Shown one piece after another: positions 1 to 10,083 of a DNA stretch of 24,313 nt; positions within the stretch are counted from its first letter, which is position 1; each line of letters starts with the position of its first letter. The notes under the pieces were generated by a model. That model had not been told where the DNA came from. It saw nothing but the letters and a program-made list of their open reading frames with translations, and did not search any database. The stretch covers positions 1-24,313 of IMG/VR virus record IMGVR_UViG_3300045988_065523, one strand, 5' to 3'. This stretch comes from a virus. Position numbers and translations under genes: made by a program.

Positions 1-69
1 ACTTTAATTAGCAAAAATGCAATCATTAATAGTACAACTACTATTACATATTTTAACCAATATTTCATA

Positions 70-726
70 TTATATTTTATTTAAAATTATACTTATCTGT
101 ATTCCAGCTCTTCTTAGATGTACTCAAGTATCATAAGGCATAGGTGTATCACAGAATGACAAACCTAAAACGCCAATATCTTTATCCTCAGTCTTTAAAT
201 AAAATACTGCTATTTCATTCACTCTGTTGGATTTAAATGCATAATATAATCTTGGATCATCTGCTTCTAAACTATCTATATTACCAAACCATCCATCATT
301 CTTAGAAAACTCTATAATTGAAGTATAGTCAGATAACAGGAAATCTTTATAATGGCTACTTACAGATCTTATTCCTGGTTTTACTTCCTCTGCATTCATT
401 ACTCCATAAGTAAATGGAAGTCCTCCTAATCCAGTAGTTCCATTATGATATTCAATAACCCAAGCTCTATCAGCATTGGTACTTTGAAGCAATTCTTTAA
501 GCTTATATTTAATCTTTAAAGTTGCTTCATTTCTTGCAATAGTTTTAGAATTGTGAGTTTGTTCAATATAGGTTACAACCTTATTATAAACAATAGATGG
601 ATTAAGTGTAATAACCATTACATAGGATATAAATATTAATCCAATCCCTGCTTTAAATATCTTTAGTAATCCATATTTATCTACTCATTCTAATACCTTT
701 CCAAACCAGTTTAATTTATTTTCCAT
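70..726 (-). CDS. hypothetical membrane-anchored protein (code-4 model, 218 aa)
   Basis: ATG at 726..724 overlaps the TAA of the upstream gene (TAATG). The N-terminus MENKLNWFGKVLE-W-VDKYGLLKIFKAGIGLIFISYVMVITL contains a hydrophobic helix. An in-frame TGA lies at 685-687. It joins in frame to track ORF 124..618. That ORF's 'stop' at 124-126 is TGA, so under code 4 it continues for 18 codons (WVHLRRAGIQISIILNKI) to TAA at 70-72. Confidence 0.5.
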
Positions 727-1310
727 TACATATTATACTTAAAGGTATATCCTTTAGTTTGTTTTTGTCTGCCACTTAAAACTGAAGATATTAAAGAAGA
801 AGTTATGTTTAACTCTCTTGCTGCTGATCTTATACTTTTATAAGATTTTATAAATCTTCCATCTAAAGTGTATTGACTAATAGCTTTAGTTCCATAGTTT
901 TGATTTTTCTTGCGTATTAATTCCTTAGTTTCTTCTGAATGATGCTTCCCATAAAATGGATTTTTATTTCCTATTCTAGTTTTAGCAAATTCAGAAATAA
1001 TAACTTTAGTTTCATTAGAAACTATAGGATGATTACTTGTGTCAGTTCTATTATAACCAAATCTTAAATCTGTAGTATTATAATAGCTAAAGAAGTATTT
1101 TTCAAGATATTTCATTTCCGATTCACTATTTACATAATAAATAGTATGTTTAATATTGTTTCAACCGTACTTTTTAATTGGTCTGTAAACAAATTGATCT
1201 TTATATCCTTCTCCACCTCTTCATCTACTATTTACTGACTGAGTGGTTAATCCAACATATCTTTTACCATTTGGAAAAGTATGAATATAAACTACATACT
1301 GTCTTGACAT
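726..1310 (-). CDS. GIY-YIG homing endonuclease (GIY-YIG + NUMOD3-like + C-terminal HTH), 194 aa, two sense TGAs
   Basis: Hand translation from ATG 1310 gives MSRQYVVYIHTFPNGKRYVGLTTQSVNSR-W-RGGEGYKDQFVYRPIKKYG-W-NNIKHTIYYVNSESE, continuing in frame into track ORF 726..1115. TGAs lie at 1221-1223 and 1161-1163, at the conserved 'RW' and 'YGW' positions of this family. The C-terminus has GKHHSEETKELIRKK and the pattern SIRSAARELNI..S.IS.VLSG....TKGYTFKY. Confidence 0.85.
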
Positions 1311-1717
1311 AAGCCTAATGTGTTGTCAACTTGGAAATCAGCTCTAACAAACACTCCGCAGGTAATATCTTTGAACTTTTGATAGAATGGAGTATAAATT
1401 AAAGGATAAGCTATTTCAACTTCTGGATATTGGTTATTAAATCGGTTAATTATATTAGTTAATGCTAATATTCCAGCTGATTGCTCTTCAAGCTGATTAT
1501 TATCAGTTTCATCCCATCTTGCTATAAAATAGAGATTTAAAGAGTAAGTAATAGTATCCTCATCCATATTAAATGTATTTGGAGTTATATAAAATACATT
1601 ATATTCAATAGTTGGGATACTATTAAGTTCATATATATCCTTACTTCCTACAAAATTAATATTGGGTTCTTCAAGAGCACAAGCTTTTAAATTGTTTATT
1701 AATTCAAAATACGTCAT
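1292..1717 (-). CDS. hypothetical virion/connector-associated protein (141 aa)
   Basis: Track ORF 1292..1822, trimmed to the ATG at 1717 (MTYFELINNL...), which sits 1 nt after the stop of the upstream gene (1719-1721). The longer start would overlap that gene by about 100 nt. It ends in TAG. No recognisable motif. Confidence 0.55.
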   Translation of the reverse strand: MTYFELINNLKACALEEPNINFVGSKDIYELNSIPTIEYNVFYITPNTFNMDEDTITYSLNLYFIARWDETDNNQLEEQSAGILALTNIINRFNNQYPEVEIAYPLIYTPFYQKFKDITCGVFVRADFQVDNTLGLCQDSM

Positions 1718-1718
1718 C

Positions 1719-2417
1719 TTACTTACTCTTTTTATTGTTATCACTTGAAGGGAAATCATAAGCTCTTTGCAGAGGACCTTCACAAGAATTATATCTCCAA
1801 CCTTTACCTCTTGCTCCACCAAGCCAAATATTGCAAGATGAGCTAGAATAAAGATTGGGAAACATATCCTTTAATGGCTTATATGTATAAAGCTCAGGGA
1901 ATTCATTATAATATGTAATTATAAAGTCCTGTAAACGAGTCTTAAAGAAATCCGCCTTATCTCTATAATACTTCTTAATTTGATTTACTTGACTTGCTTC
2001 AGCAGCAATATCTTTCTCATCATCAGTTCTCATAACTCCAAAATTACCAAGCTTATAAGATATAGGAATTACTATCTCACTAAGTACTTGATAAAGTAAA
2101 TAAGGCTGAACATAATAGTCTAATAGCTCTTTATATCTGTAGTTATCAGAATCATCAATAGAATCACTTGGAAGTGGCTCAGGAGGCTCTATTGGATGAA
2201 CTGGGGTATGAGGATCAATCCAATTAATACATTTCTTTTGTAATGCTTCCAATAGCTTAGTACCAATAGTTGACTGAAGCTCTACATCTTGAGCCAACTT
2301 AATTGCTGATTGAAGATACTTGCCAGAAACATTATTATCTAAGTTAGATTCAGATTTGATGTAATCTTCACTAATTAGAAGTACATTTCTAAAATCCATT
2401 TGTTCCATATTATTCAA
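1719..2417 (-). CDS. hypothetical structural protein downstream of portal (232 aa)
   Basis: Intact ORF ending in TAA. Possible starts are 2417 or the ATG at 2408, just after the portal stop. Its position next to the portal suggests a head-completion or adaptor role, but I recognise no motif. Confidence 0.5.
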   Translation of the reverse strand: MNNMEQMDFRNVLLISEDYIKSESNLDNNVSGKYLQSAIKLAQDVELQSTIGTKLLEALQKKCINWIDPHTPVHPIEPPEPLPSDSIDDSDNYRYKELLDYYVQPYLLYQVLSEIVIPISYKLGNFGVMRTDDEKDIAAEASQVNQIKKYYRDKADFFKTRLQDFIITYYNEFPELYTYKPLKDMFPNLYSSSSCNIWLGGARGKGWRYNSCEGPLQRAYDFPSSDNNKKSK

Positions 2418-3492
2418 CTATTTTAGAATCAGCTGTATCTAAGCTAAATGGTGTAATTGTGATAGAATTCTTCATACCAAAGATTTTGTCAAATGTATCA
2501 CAAATCTCTTTTTGCATAGGTTTAATCATCGTTCTATTATATAGTTTAAATGATGAATTAAACTCTTGCTCATTAAATCCAGTAGAATCAGAGTTTATTC
2601 CAAATAAGTTAGGATTAGCTCTAAATGCGCAGAATATCTGTTCTCTTGTCCTATCAGATAAAGCACTATATTTCTCATCAAAATCATCAGAGTCTAAACG
2701 CTCAATAGTAGTCTTATTTGTTTCATCATCATTATATGAAATAAGAACTCTACCAGCATTTTGAAATCCTGAGAATTTCTCATTGATATTCATCTCAATC
2801 TCTTCTTTAACTTCGTCTGTAGGCTGCCCATTATTAAAATTAATAATAAGATTGCCCATAAATCCATTATGAAGAGAATTTAGATGGAACTCATTAATAT
2901 TCTTCTCAGTTTCGCAAGATAGGATAGCTGCACCATAAACAGGGACTGGATATACCTTTCTTGTTATATAGCCCTTATTATAAACAACACTTGTAGGATT
3001 ATCGTCTGAATAATTAAATTTTGGATATTTGATAGCTTTAATAGACCAAGCAGACCAATCATCGGCATAATAGAATACTTCATTCTTTTCATCAGAACGA
3101 ATCTTCATAAAGTCAAGATGATAGATCTCTGAAACTCTACCTAACATATCTCTAATTATTTGTAAAGCATATCCTCCAAAAATCATCTTATCTTTAGATA
3201 CTTTACGCATAATATCCATAATAGTCTCACCTTTCTTATTTACAGTTATTTCAAATCCTGGTGCATTACATACAACATCATTACCAACAATAAAGTCAGC
3301 AGTACCATTAATGATAGATTGAAGAGTAGCTACATTTAAATATAAATCCCATAAATATACAGGATAGCGATTATCTTCACCCCAAGAAATATAGTCCTTA
3401 CCTCTAACTTTACCTTCTACTGGCAATACGATGTTTGATACAATTACTGGATCAATTGCACTTAATTGTACTTTTGTTTTATTTTCGCTCAT
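2410..3492 (-). CDS. phage portal protein (about 360 aa)
   Basis: Track ORF 2410..3549. The likely start is MSENKTKVQLS at 3492, overlapping the upstream stop by 14 nt. Size and sequence character are portal-like (e.g. ...FNEQEFNSSFKLYNRTMIKPMQKEICDTFDKIFG). All 4 Trp are TGG, with no TGA. Confidence 0.7.
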   Translation of the reverse strand: MSENKTKVQLSAIDPVIVSNIVLPVEGKVRGKDYISWGEDNRYPVYLWDLYLNVATLQSIINGTADFIVGNDVVCNAPGFEITVNKKGETIMDIMRKVSKDKMIFGGYALQIIRDMLGRVSEIYHLDFMKIRSDEKNEVFYYADDWSAWSIKAIKYPKFNYSDDNPTSVVYNKGYITRKVYPVPVYGAAILSCETEKNINEFHLNSLHNGFMGNLIINFNNGQPTDEVKEEIEMNINEKFSGFQNAGRVLISYNDDETNKTTIERLDSDDFDEKYSALSDRTREQIFCAFRANPNLFGINSDSTGFNEQEFNSSFKLYNRTMIKPMQKEICDTFDKIFGMKNSITITPFSLDTADSKIVE

Positions 3493-3880
3493 AAGCCGTA
3501 TATTTATTTTGTTTATCGTATTGGTATTTATTATTCTGATAATCTCCAACTCTTATTAGTCCTGAACTCAATACAGGTATAGGTTTACCAGCAACTAATA
3601 TCTGCGTTCCTGTAGTAAGAGTATTTTCATAAGTTACCAGAATAACTGGATTACCATATAGCTCTGACTGCATAGGATTATTTACATCTACAATTACTTC
3701 AAGTTTATTTGGATTACTAAACAGAATATACTGATATTCACCATCAGGCATATCATCAGATAATGTAATATCAAACTTATAGTAGATATTTTCAGCATAA
3801 TTCTGATTTTCAAGGTCAAATAAATAAACTTCCTTTGTAATCGTATTCTGCATTAACAAAGTATAGTTCATATTTTGCAA
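3479..3880 (-). CDS. hypothetical protein (133 aa)
   Basis: Intact ORF ending in TAA, and the first gene after the terminator and A/T-rich region at 3881-3978. No motif recognised. Confidence 0.5.
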   Translation of the reverse strand: MQNMNYTLLMQNTITKEVYLFDLENQNYAENIYYKFDITLSDDMPDGEYQYILFSNPNKLEVIVDVNNPMQSELYGNPVILVTYENTLTTGTQILVAGKPIPVLSSGLIRVGDYQNNKYQYDKQNKYTAYERK

Positions 3881-3940
3881 TGGTTTTACGTTAATTTACA
3901 TATCTTTTTCTTAAAATATAAAAGACTATGTATATGTATT

Positions 3941-3971
3941 AACATAAAAATAGGGAGAATAAAATCTCCCT
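3941..3971 (-). terminator. rho-independent terminator after the LRR protein gene
   Basis: Minus-strand RNA forms AGGGAGA-UUUUAU-UCUCCCU (stem 3952-3958 / 3965-3971), followed by AUUUUUAU. It lies 8 nt after the TAG at 3979-3981. Confidence 0.7.
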
Positions 3972-3978
3972 AAATTTA

Positions 3979-4989
3979 CTATGCAGAAGCTAATGTCCAG
4001 TTCTTAGATGCAGCTAAAGCTTTTTGTTCTTCTGTAATGGCATTAAATACAGAGGAAGCAAATGTAATAGTTTGAGTTGCTTCTGAACTTAGATCAGCTG
4101 CTTTATTAAGGATATTATCTATAGCATTACTATTTAATGCGTCTAATAATCTCAAATCTAGATCAACTCTTAGATTTTCAATTCCTTCCATATCAGTTAC
4201 AGTACTATTTATACTACTTCAACTATAATCAAATCAGTTAGTAAAATTCTGGCCTTCTGTAACTCCAGTTAAATCTCATAATGGAAGTGCCGTAATATTA
4301 GATGGAAGCTGCGAATATATACCATTACATTCCATTCTAATGCGAGAATTAACTGCTTCAATCTTTACATTGGGTAATGCTGTAATAGTATTTCCTAAAC
4401 TTGCAAAAGTGGAATTAAATATTACATACGCATTGTCTATACTTCGTACAATAAGATGATTACAAACAACATCAGCATATTGGAACATATAAGACATATC
4501 ATCAAAGCCATTAGGAGAAGATACTACTAATGTATCTAAAGTCATAGCTGAAGCACTAAAATTATTGAACATATTATTTCCACCAGATATTATAATTTCT
4601 TGTGGGAAATCAATCTGATTTACAGATGCTCCAGCTAACATTTCATTACAATCATAGGCCATAGAAGTATTCCAAATAGGAAATAGGTTTATATAAGCTC
4701 CAGTAGAGACCATTTCCTTAAAGAAATTTTTAGTGCTATTAACTGTAGAAAAACTAAATTCTAAGTTATTTAATTGTTCATTTGTAGGTTTTGAATATGC
4801 TAATGTAAGTCCATAATCATTCAAATTAACCTTACCTCCTCCACCTCCAGATATTTCTCCAATCTTATCTGCATAGCTTCTAAAGGTTGCAGTATCCTCA
4901 ACAGCTACACCTTTAGCTACAATAGCATCTTTAATAGCACTCTTAGTGCCTTCAAGATACTCTAATTTATCACTTATAGTATTTGCCAT
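3979..4989 (-). CDS. BspA/DUF285-like leucine-rich-repeat tail (receptor-binding-type) protein, 336 aa, three sense TGAs
   Basis: Track ORFs 4276..4989 and 3979..4191 are in the same frame. The gap reads ...ITALPL-W-DLTGVTEGQNFTN-W-FDYS-W-SSINSTVTDMEGIENL..., with TGAs at 4276-4278, 4234-4236 and 4219-4221. The N-terminus (LEYLEGTKSAIKDAIVAKGV...TFRSYADKI) and the C-terminus (FASSVFNAITEEQKALAASKNWTL) resemble the 5890..6816 paralogue. It ends in TAG. Confidence 0.75.
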
Positions 4990-4990
4990 A

Positions 4991-5659
4991 TTAGATTACC
5001 TCACCATTAATTGTATCAAGAGTAGTTGAGATAGTTCCGATTTGTGCCTGTAAAGCTTGAATAGCAGCTTCTAATTCTGAAACCTTAGCATTATATACTT
5101 CTAATGTTACATAATTAGATAGTTCCGATTTGTCTGCTTTATTTGCATCTAATGTCCCAACTTCCTTATCTAATGCATCAATCTTTAGTTCATCCTCTTC
5201 TTGCTTGCTTTCAATAGCTGTAATCTTAGAAGAATTGTTTCCAACTTCACTTTCAACAGATGCAAGCTCTTCTTTAGTAGCAAAATCCTCAGTACTTGGA
5301 ATATCTGACTTGAGAGCATAGTTAGAAAGATCAATAGATAGATGTAAATCTTCACCCTCTCTATTAAATGACATAGGAGAGTTTACTTGAAATACTTCCA
5401 TCTTAGATGTTTCTAATTCAGTAATATCATTCTTAATTGGCTCTAACTTAGGTTCAAGTATAACATCCAACTGAGAATTAATTTGCTCATCAATTATTTC
5501 AACAGCCTTATCTTCTGAAATGTAATTACCTTTAGGTTGAAATCTCGCATCTGCTTCAATCTTTGTATAAGAACCAACTGGAAGCTGAGCTGTCTCAATA
5601 CCACATTTCTTACTAACATAGAAGGTCTGAGTATTCTTAGTATTCTTTAATATAATCAT
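4991..5659 (-). CDS. short tail-fibre-like coiled-coil protein (222 aa; alternative start 5686)
   Basis: Track ORF 4991..5686. The ATG at 5659 avoids a 20-nt overlap with the upstream gene. It shares the module ...LSIDLSNYALKSDIP...ITAIESKQEEDELKIDALDKEV... with the large fibre (...LSVDLSGYQPVGDYA...ISIIKTKQEEDGDKIDSLDKEM...). Confidence 0.65.
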   Translation of the reverse strand: MIILKNTKNTQTFYVSKKCGIETAQLPVGSYTKIEADARFQPKGNYISEDKAVEIIDEQINSQLDVILEPKLEPIKNDITELETSKMEVFQVNSPMSFNREGEDLHLSIDLSNYALKSDIPSTEDFATKEELASVESEVGNNSSKITAIESKQEEDELKIDALDKEVGTLDANKADKSELSNYVTLEVYNAKVSELEAAIQALQAQIGTISTTLDTINGEVI

Positions 5660-5666
5660 AGTTTTA

Positions 5667-5888
5667 TTATTTAAGAGATTCTTCAATAGCCTTCTCAGCT
5701 TGTTCTTTATAAACCCTGTCTTGTTCCAGAGATATTTCTCTTAGATGAGTTAAATCGCAATCTAATGGACAAATACACTCTTTAAATGAGTTATACCCTT
5801 TAATATCCATTTCGTCTTTATAGTTAGTCAGAAGCATACTATCTTCAGGCTTAACTACTTGATACTTTTCTTTAATTTCAACTTTCAT
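5667..5888 (-). CDS. small hypothetical Cys-containing protein (73 aa)
   Basis: Intact ORF. Its ATG lies 1 nt after the upstream TAA, and it ends in TAA. It sits between the two fibre/LRR cassettes. No motif recognised. Confidence 0.45.
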   Translation of the reverse strand: MKVEIKEKYQVVKPEDSMLLTNYKDEMDIKGYNSFKECICPLDCDLTHLREISLEQDRVYKEQAEKAIEESLK

Positions 5889-5889
5889 A

Positions 5890-6816
5890 TTAGTATGTTA
5901 CTGACCAGCCTTTACTGGTGATTTGTGATTTTTGTTCCTCTGTTAATGAATTATAAACACTCTCTGCAAATTTTAGAACTCCAGCAATTGATTCTCTTGG
6001 AGTAGCTAAATTATTAATTATATTCTGTACTGATTGATTAGTTAACTTTGGGCTATCTTCAAAATTTAATCCAGCAACGGAGTTATTAGTAAAGCATTTT
6101 CCTATATCTTTAAACCCTCCAACATTTTCTAAATTAGATAAATTATTAAACGTAAGATTTAAATATTCCCAAGAATATGCATCATATAAAGGCATAGTAG
6201 TTAATGAAGTACAACCATCAAATAATCTGCTTACATTAACTGTACGACCTGCTGAATAATTATTATGAGGGAAGGTTATATTTGGAGCAGTAATTAAAGA
6301 TCTACAATTTCCAAACATCCAGTTATAATTATATATCTTAGAACCATCAAAATCTCCTATAATGGTAGTTAATGAAGTGCATCCTTGTAAGGTACAATAA
6401 AAACCGCCCATATTGTTTAATAGTCCTAATTTATCTTCTCCACCTTCAACCATTCCAGTATCAAATGTAGTTAAATCAGCACAACTTTGAAAAAGTCTCA
6501 TAAATACTACATTATCATCATTAGATGCAGGAACATTGAATTTTTTGTAATCCTCGTTAGTAACTACAGCAGAACCAGTAAATGCAGAGTCATTTGAAGG
6601 ATTTGGATAATATCAGCTTTTTACACTGTCTATATTACAATCCGTTACAGGTTTATCATCTAATAAAAGTATTTTAACTTGACTTCCAAATACTGGGTCT
6701 ATAAAGGTTATAGGATTACAAGGATCAATAGGCCAGACTTTGGTACTGCCCACATAAATGGCAGTACCTTGTCTGTTACCTACATAAAAAGCTTTTAAAT
6801 TATCTCGAATATTCAT
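5890..6816 (-). CDS. BspA/DUF285-like leucine-rich-repeat tail protein, 308 aa, one sense TGA
   Basis: Track ORFs 6613..6816 and 5890..6501 are in frame. The gap reads ...DSVKS-W-YYPNPSNDSAFTGSAVVTNEDYKKFNVPASNDDNVVFMRLFQSC..., with TGA at 6613-6615. It carries repeats of the type F..C..LTT (LFQSCADLTTF, LQGCTSLTTI, MFGNCRSLITA, LFDGCTSLTTM). The C-terminus is SVYNSLTEEQKSQITSKGWSV. Confidence 0.75.
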
Positions 6817-6817
6817 A

Positions 6818-9430
6818 TTACTCTACAATTAAATATTGAGTATTTGGATCTTTACTTGAAATAGCATCATATTCAGACTGAGTTACCACAAGAATAGTAT
6901 GAACTTGTGATTGAGTTCCACTTCCATAAGTAACTGGATTAGAAACATTCTCAATATCTATATTTCCACTACCTAATAAGCTTTCTCCATTAACTGTCTT
7001 GATATTTGTTCCACTAACTAAAGTGTCTTGTTTATTTCCTAATCCTGCATTTAATTCAGTTTCCGTAACATATTCATCAGGAATAGAAGTTAAAAATCCA
7101 CTATCATTAGTAAGCTCAGATGTCTTAGTTGGTATACCTAAATCCTCAAGACTCTTATTACCACTAAGTTCAACAGAATTGATTTGAGGTTTATTTGTTA
7201 ACTGAGTATAGTCAGTAGTCCCTCCACTACCAGATATTTCAAGATTACCTTCTCCTAAAATACTTTCACCATTAATAGTCTTTATATTAGTCCCAGAGAC
7301 TAATTGCTCCTGATAACTATAATAACTAGTATCTGCTGATACTCCAGTTGGAGTAATAGTAGTTCGAACTACAGTATGATTAACTGTAGTACTTTCAAAA
7401 TGGAAAGTAGCTTGAATATTTTCTCCTGAAACAAAACATACTTCTGGAGCTGCTATATCACCATAACCTAGAATATTTACATAATAAAGCTCAAATGGTG
7501 TTTTATTAGCTATAGCATTCTTAACAGCAGCGAAATCTCCAGAAAGATGAGTAATGGAATTTATAAATAGAAATGGAATATTAGAACCACTTTCAATTTC
7601 TATATTACCTTCTCCAAGTAAAGACTGACTATTGATTGTTTTGATATTAGTTCCACTTACAAGTAAATCTTGCTTAGTAGCCATCTCTTTATCAAGAGAA
7701 TCAATCTTATCTCCATCTTCTTCTTGTTTTGTTTTAATAATTGATATATCTGAAGTATTAGTTGCTACTTGAGTAGATAAAGATTCTACTACAGAAGAAT
7801 CTGCTTTACCTGCAAGTTCTGTTTTTGTTGCATAATCTCCTACAGGCTGTTTAGTAGCAAGCTGCTCATCAACATAAGTCTTATCTGCTTTACCTGCTAA
7901 ATCTCCAGAAACCTCTGCTTCAGTTACAAAGTTAGAATCATTAGTAAGCTCACTAACTTTAGTTGGAATATCACTCTTTAAAGCATAATCTCCTTTATCT
8001 TGTTTTGCATCAATCTTACTTTGTAAAGAAGATCTTAGAGTCTCAATTTCCTCATTAACTGAATCGTTAGTTGCATAATCACCAACTGGTTGGTATCCAG
8101 ATAAATCTACAGATAACTGAGTCTTATCTCCATTAAAAGCTAATGGAGCTTGTGGAGTAAATACACCTTGCTTAGCTGCAAGTTTCTCATCTATTTCATC
8201 TTTAGTATATCCTTTATTAGTAAGATCAACCTCAGTAACTTTAACAGTCATATTACCATTATTTACTAAGATTGCATTAATAACTACTAATACACCATTA
8301 TCTTGGAAATAATAGCCATATAAATCAATAGTTTCGGGATGCTCAATAGTTGCAACAGGAATAACTATAATATCACCTTTATATGTAATCTGGCAGAATA
8401 AATAGAAGTCCAGATTAGTTCTAATAAAGTCATAGATATGTTTCTGTCTTACAGGATCATTCTCATCTAAATTAAGTAAGAAATGATTCTCAAAAGCAGA
8501 GATTACATTATCTATAATAGATATATTCTTTCCTGCTGTAAGCGTTTCCTGTTTTGAAGCTATCTCTTTATTAATAGCTGTATTTAAAGCATCAATTTCA
8601 GCTTTGGTATATTTATCTGCTAATTGTGCATATAGAGGACCATTAACAATACCAGCTTGATTAGTCTCTGTATTATATATTGGAAGTTCAACTGCTTCTC
8701 CAGTTTGATTACCAAATACAGGAGCTAAAGTAACTTTAGATGGGACTGATTGAATATTAATGGCAGGTACGATTGAAGCTGCTCCAGATAATTCAGTTCC
8801 ATTTAAAGATGGTTTGTTACGAATAGTATTATAATCTGCAGAAATAGTATTCTCTTCAATTACTATACCGTCACCTTGGTTTAATTTATTCTGTTTAGAA
8901 TTTAATGCACTTTCAGTAGCTTCTTTTGTAAGATAATTATCTTCAACTCAATTTTCAGTAGCATATCCATCTAAGCTACTAATAAACCCACTATCATTAG
9001 TTAATTGTGAAGTTTTTGTTGGTATCTCAGATTTATCGGCTTTATTGGCAACTGCATCTGAAATTTCAGTTGTAACCTCTTCTTTAGTTGGATAATCAGC
9101 TAATCGTTCAGTTATCTGATTATCAATATTTTCAGCACTTGGAATAGTACTCTTTATTTGCTCTAACTCAGAATTAATAGTAACAATATCTTCAGATGAC
9201 GCTAATCCCAACTCTTCCGAAGTCATATTACCATTTAACTCAATACCATTGATCTCAGGTTTATCCTGAAGATCAAAATAGCTATTAGTAGCTAACTGAG
9301 AACCATCCATAACCTTAACTTCATCATCCTTGTCAATAACAATAACTTTAGTCACATTTGACTTATCTATTGTTTCGACTTCAAGGACATTAAGATAAGG
9401 AAGAATTGTCTTTTCAGTTTCGTTTGCCAT
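6818..9430 (-). CDS. large tail fibre protein, 870 aa, one sense TGA
   Basis: Track ORFs 8948..9430 and 6818..8251 are in the same frame (8947-8251 = 696 nt). I translated all 232 intervening codons: no stop and no Met (...GYATEN-W-VEDNYLTKEATESALNSKQNKLNQGDG...VNNGNMTVKV...). TGA lies at 8948-8950. Typical fibre motifs are present: IPTKTS(E/Q)LTNDSGF three times, and LVSGTNIKT.N..SLLG.GNI three times. Confidence 0.85.
6950..7663 (-). repeat. three copies of a 24-aa fibre repeat (LVSGTNIKT[IV]N[SG][QE]S[LI]LG[ES]GN[IL][ED]I)
   Basis: The copies start at Leu codons 7661-7663, 7301-7303 and 7019-7021, all in the fibre frame. They are conserved at the protein level but diverged at the DNA level. 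Confidence 0.8.
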
Positions 9431-9451
9431 ATTATTTTTCTATAAAATATA
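9431..9451 (-). promoter_or_regulatory. TATATTTTA motif upstream of the fibre operon
   Basis: The minus strand reads TATATTTTA-TAGAAAAATAAT-ATG (motif at 9451..9443). It lies just downstream of the strong terminator at 9470-9510. Confidence 0.3.
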
Positions 9452-9469
9452 AATTATTCATTATGTGGT

Positions 9470-9510
9470 ATATAAACAAAATAAGGGGCAAGTAAATTAA
9501 TACTCGCCCC
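9470..9510 (-). terminator. rho-independent terminator closing the capsid/tube operon
   Basis: Minus-strand RNA forms GGGGCGAGU-AUUAAUUU-ACUUGCCCC (9510..9485), followed by UUAUUUUGUUU. The single imperfect pair is a G-U wobble only on the minus-strand transcript. It lies 10 nt after the TAA at 9521-9523. Confidence 0.8.
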
Positions 9511-9520
9511 TCTTCTGTTG

Positions 9521-10045
9521 TTAAGCACCTACAACACTTTGGATAGCTTCTGCACTCAACTCATAAGGATATGATTCAGAGTCAGTAGCTAAAGTCAGCG
9601 TATAAGCATTCTGATCACCTTTTGCAGTACCAGTAACACCCGTACCAGCGGAAGCGCTTACATATTCATCTTTTCCTAAGAACCAATATTTGCCATTAGA
9701 ATCTTCTACAACAACTACAAGTTGTCCAATAGAAAGAGCAGCAATCTCGATTCTTTTCTTAGTCTCCATCTTTGTAAATACAAGAGCAAGCTCATTACTT
9801 ACATAGTTGGTTCCTGCAGTTTCGTCAACGTTCAATGTTGAGGTTAGAGAACCAGTACCTTTGCGGAATTGGTAATTATACCATTTAGCATCTTCTTCAA
9901 GAGTAATAGCTGAGATTTGATTAGTCTCATCATCTACAGTTACACTCTTAACGTTATCGTACTGAGTAATCCATACCTGTTTGATACCACCAAGCGAAGA
10001 TTCGCAATCCAGGGTAATACCAGCGATAGTTATTAAACAAGCCAT
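9521..10045 (-). CDS. putative major tail (tube) protein (174 aa)
   Basis: Intact ORF directly after the capsid gene, followed by a strong terminator. Its size and beta-rich pattern (...QFRKGTGSLTSTL...LALVFTKME...LVVVVEDSNGKYWFLGKD...) look like a tail tube protein. GC is relatively high and there is no TGA. Confidence 0.55.
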   Translation of the reverse strand: MACLITIAGITLDCESSLGGIKQVWITQYDNVKSVTVDDETNQISAITLEEDAKWYNYQFRKGTGSLTSTLNVDETAGTNYVSNELALVFTKMETKKRIEIAALSIGQLVVVVEDSNGKYWFLGKDEYVSASAGTGVTGTAKGDQNAYTLTLATDSESYPYELSAEAIQSVVGA

Positions 10046-10083
10046 ATAATTTCAATCTTATTTAAAGTTAAACTCTATTGAAA

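Noticed and set aside
1161-1223. TGA read as Gly (code 25) or as selenocysteine.
   Set aside because: The GIY-YIG contexts (R-x-RGG and KYG-x-NNIKH) are classic Trp positions. Other contexts are aromatic or hydrophobic (DY-W-EY, LE-W-D, FD-W-A). There are too many sites, with no obvious common downstream hairpin, for SECIS-dependent Sec. This still needs confirmation by alignment.
6818-9430. Diversity-generating retroelement (TR/VR pair) in the fibre repeats.
   Set aside because: The three fibre repeats are conserved at the protein level but diverged at many DNA positions, with no adenine-specific mismatch pattern. No reverse transcriptase is present in the window.
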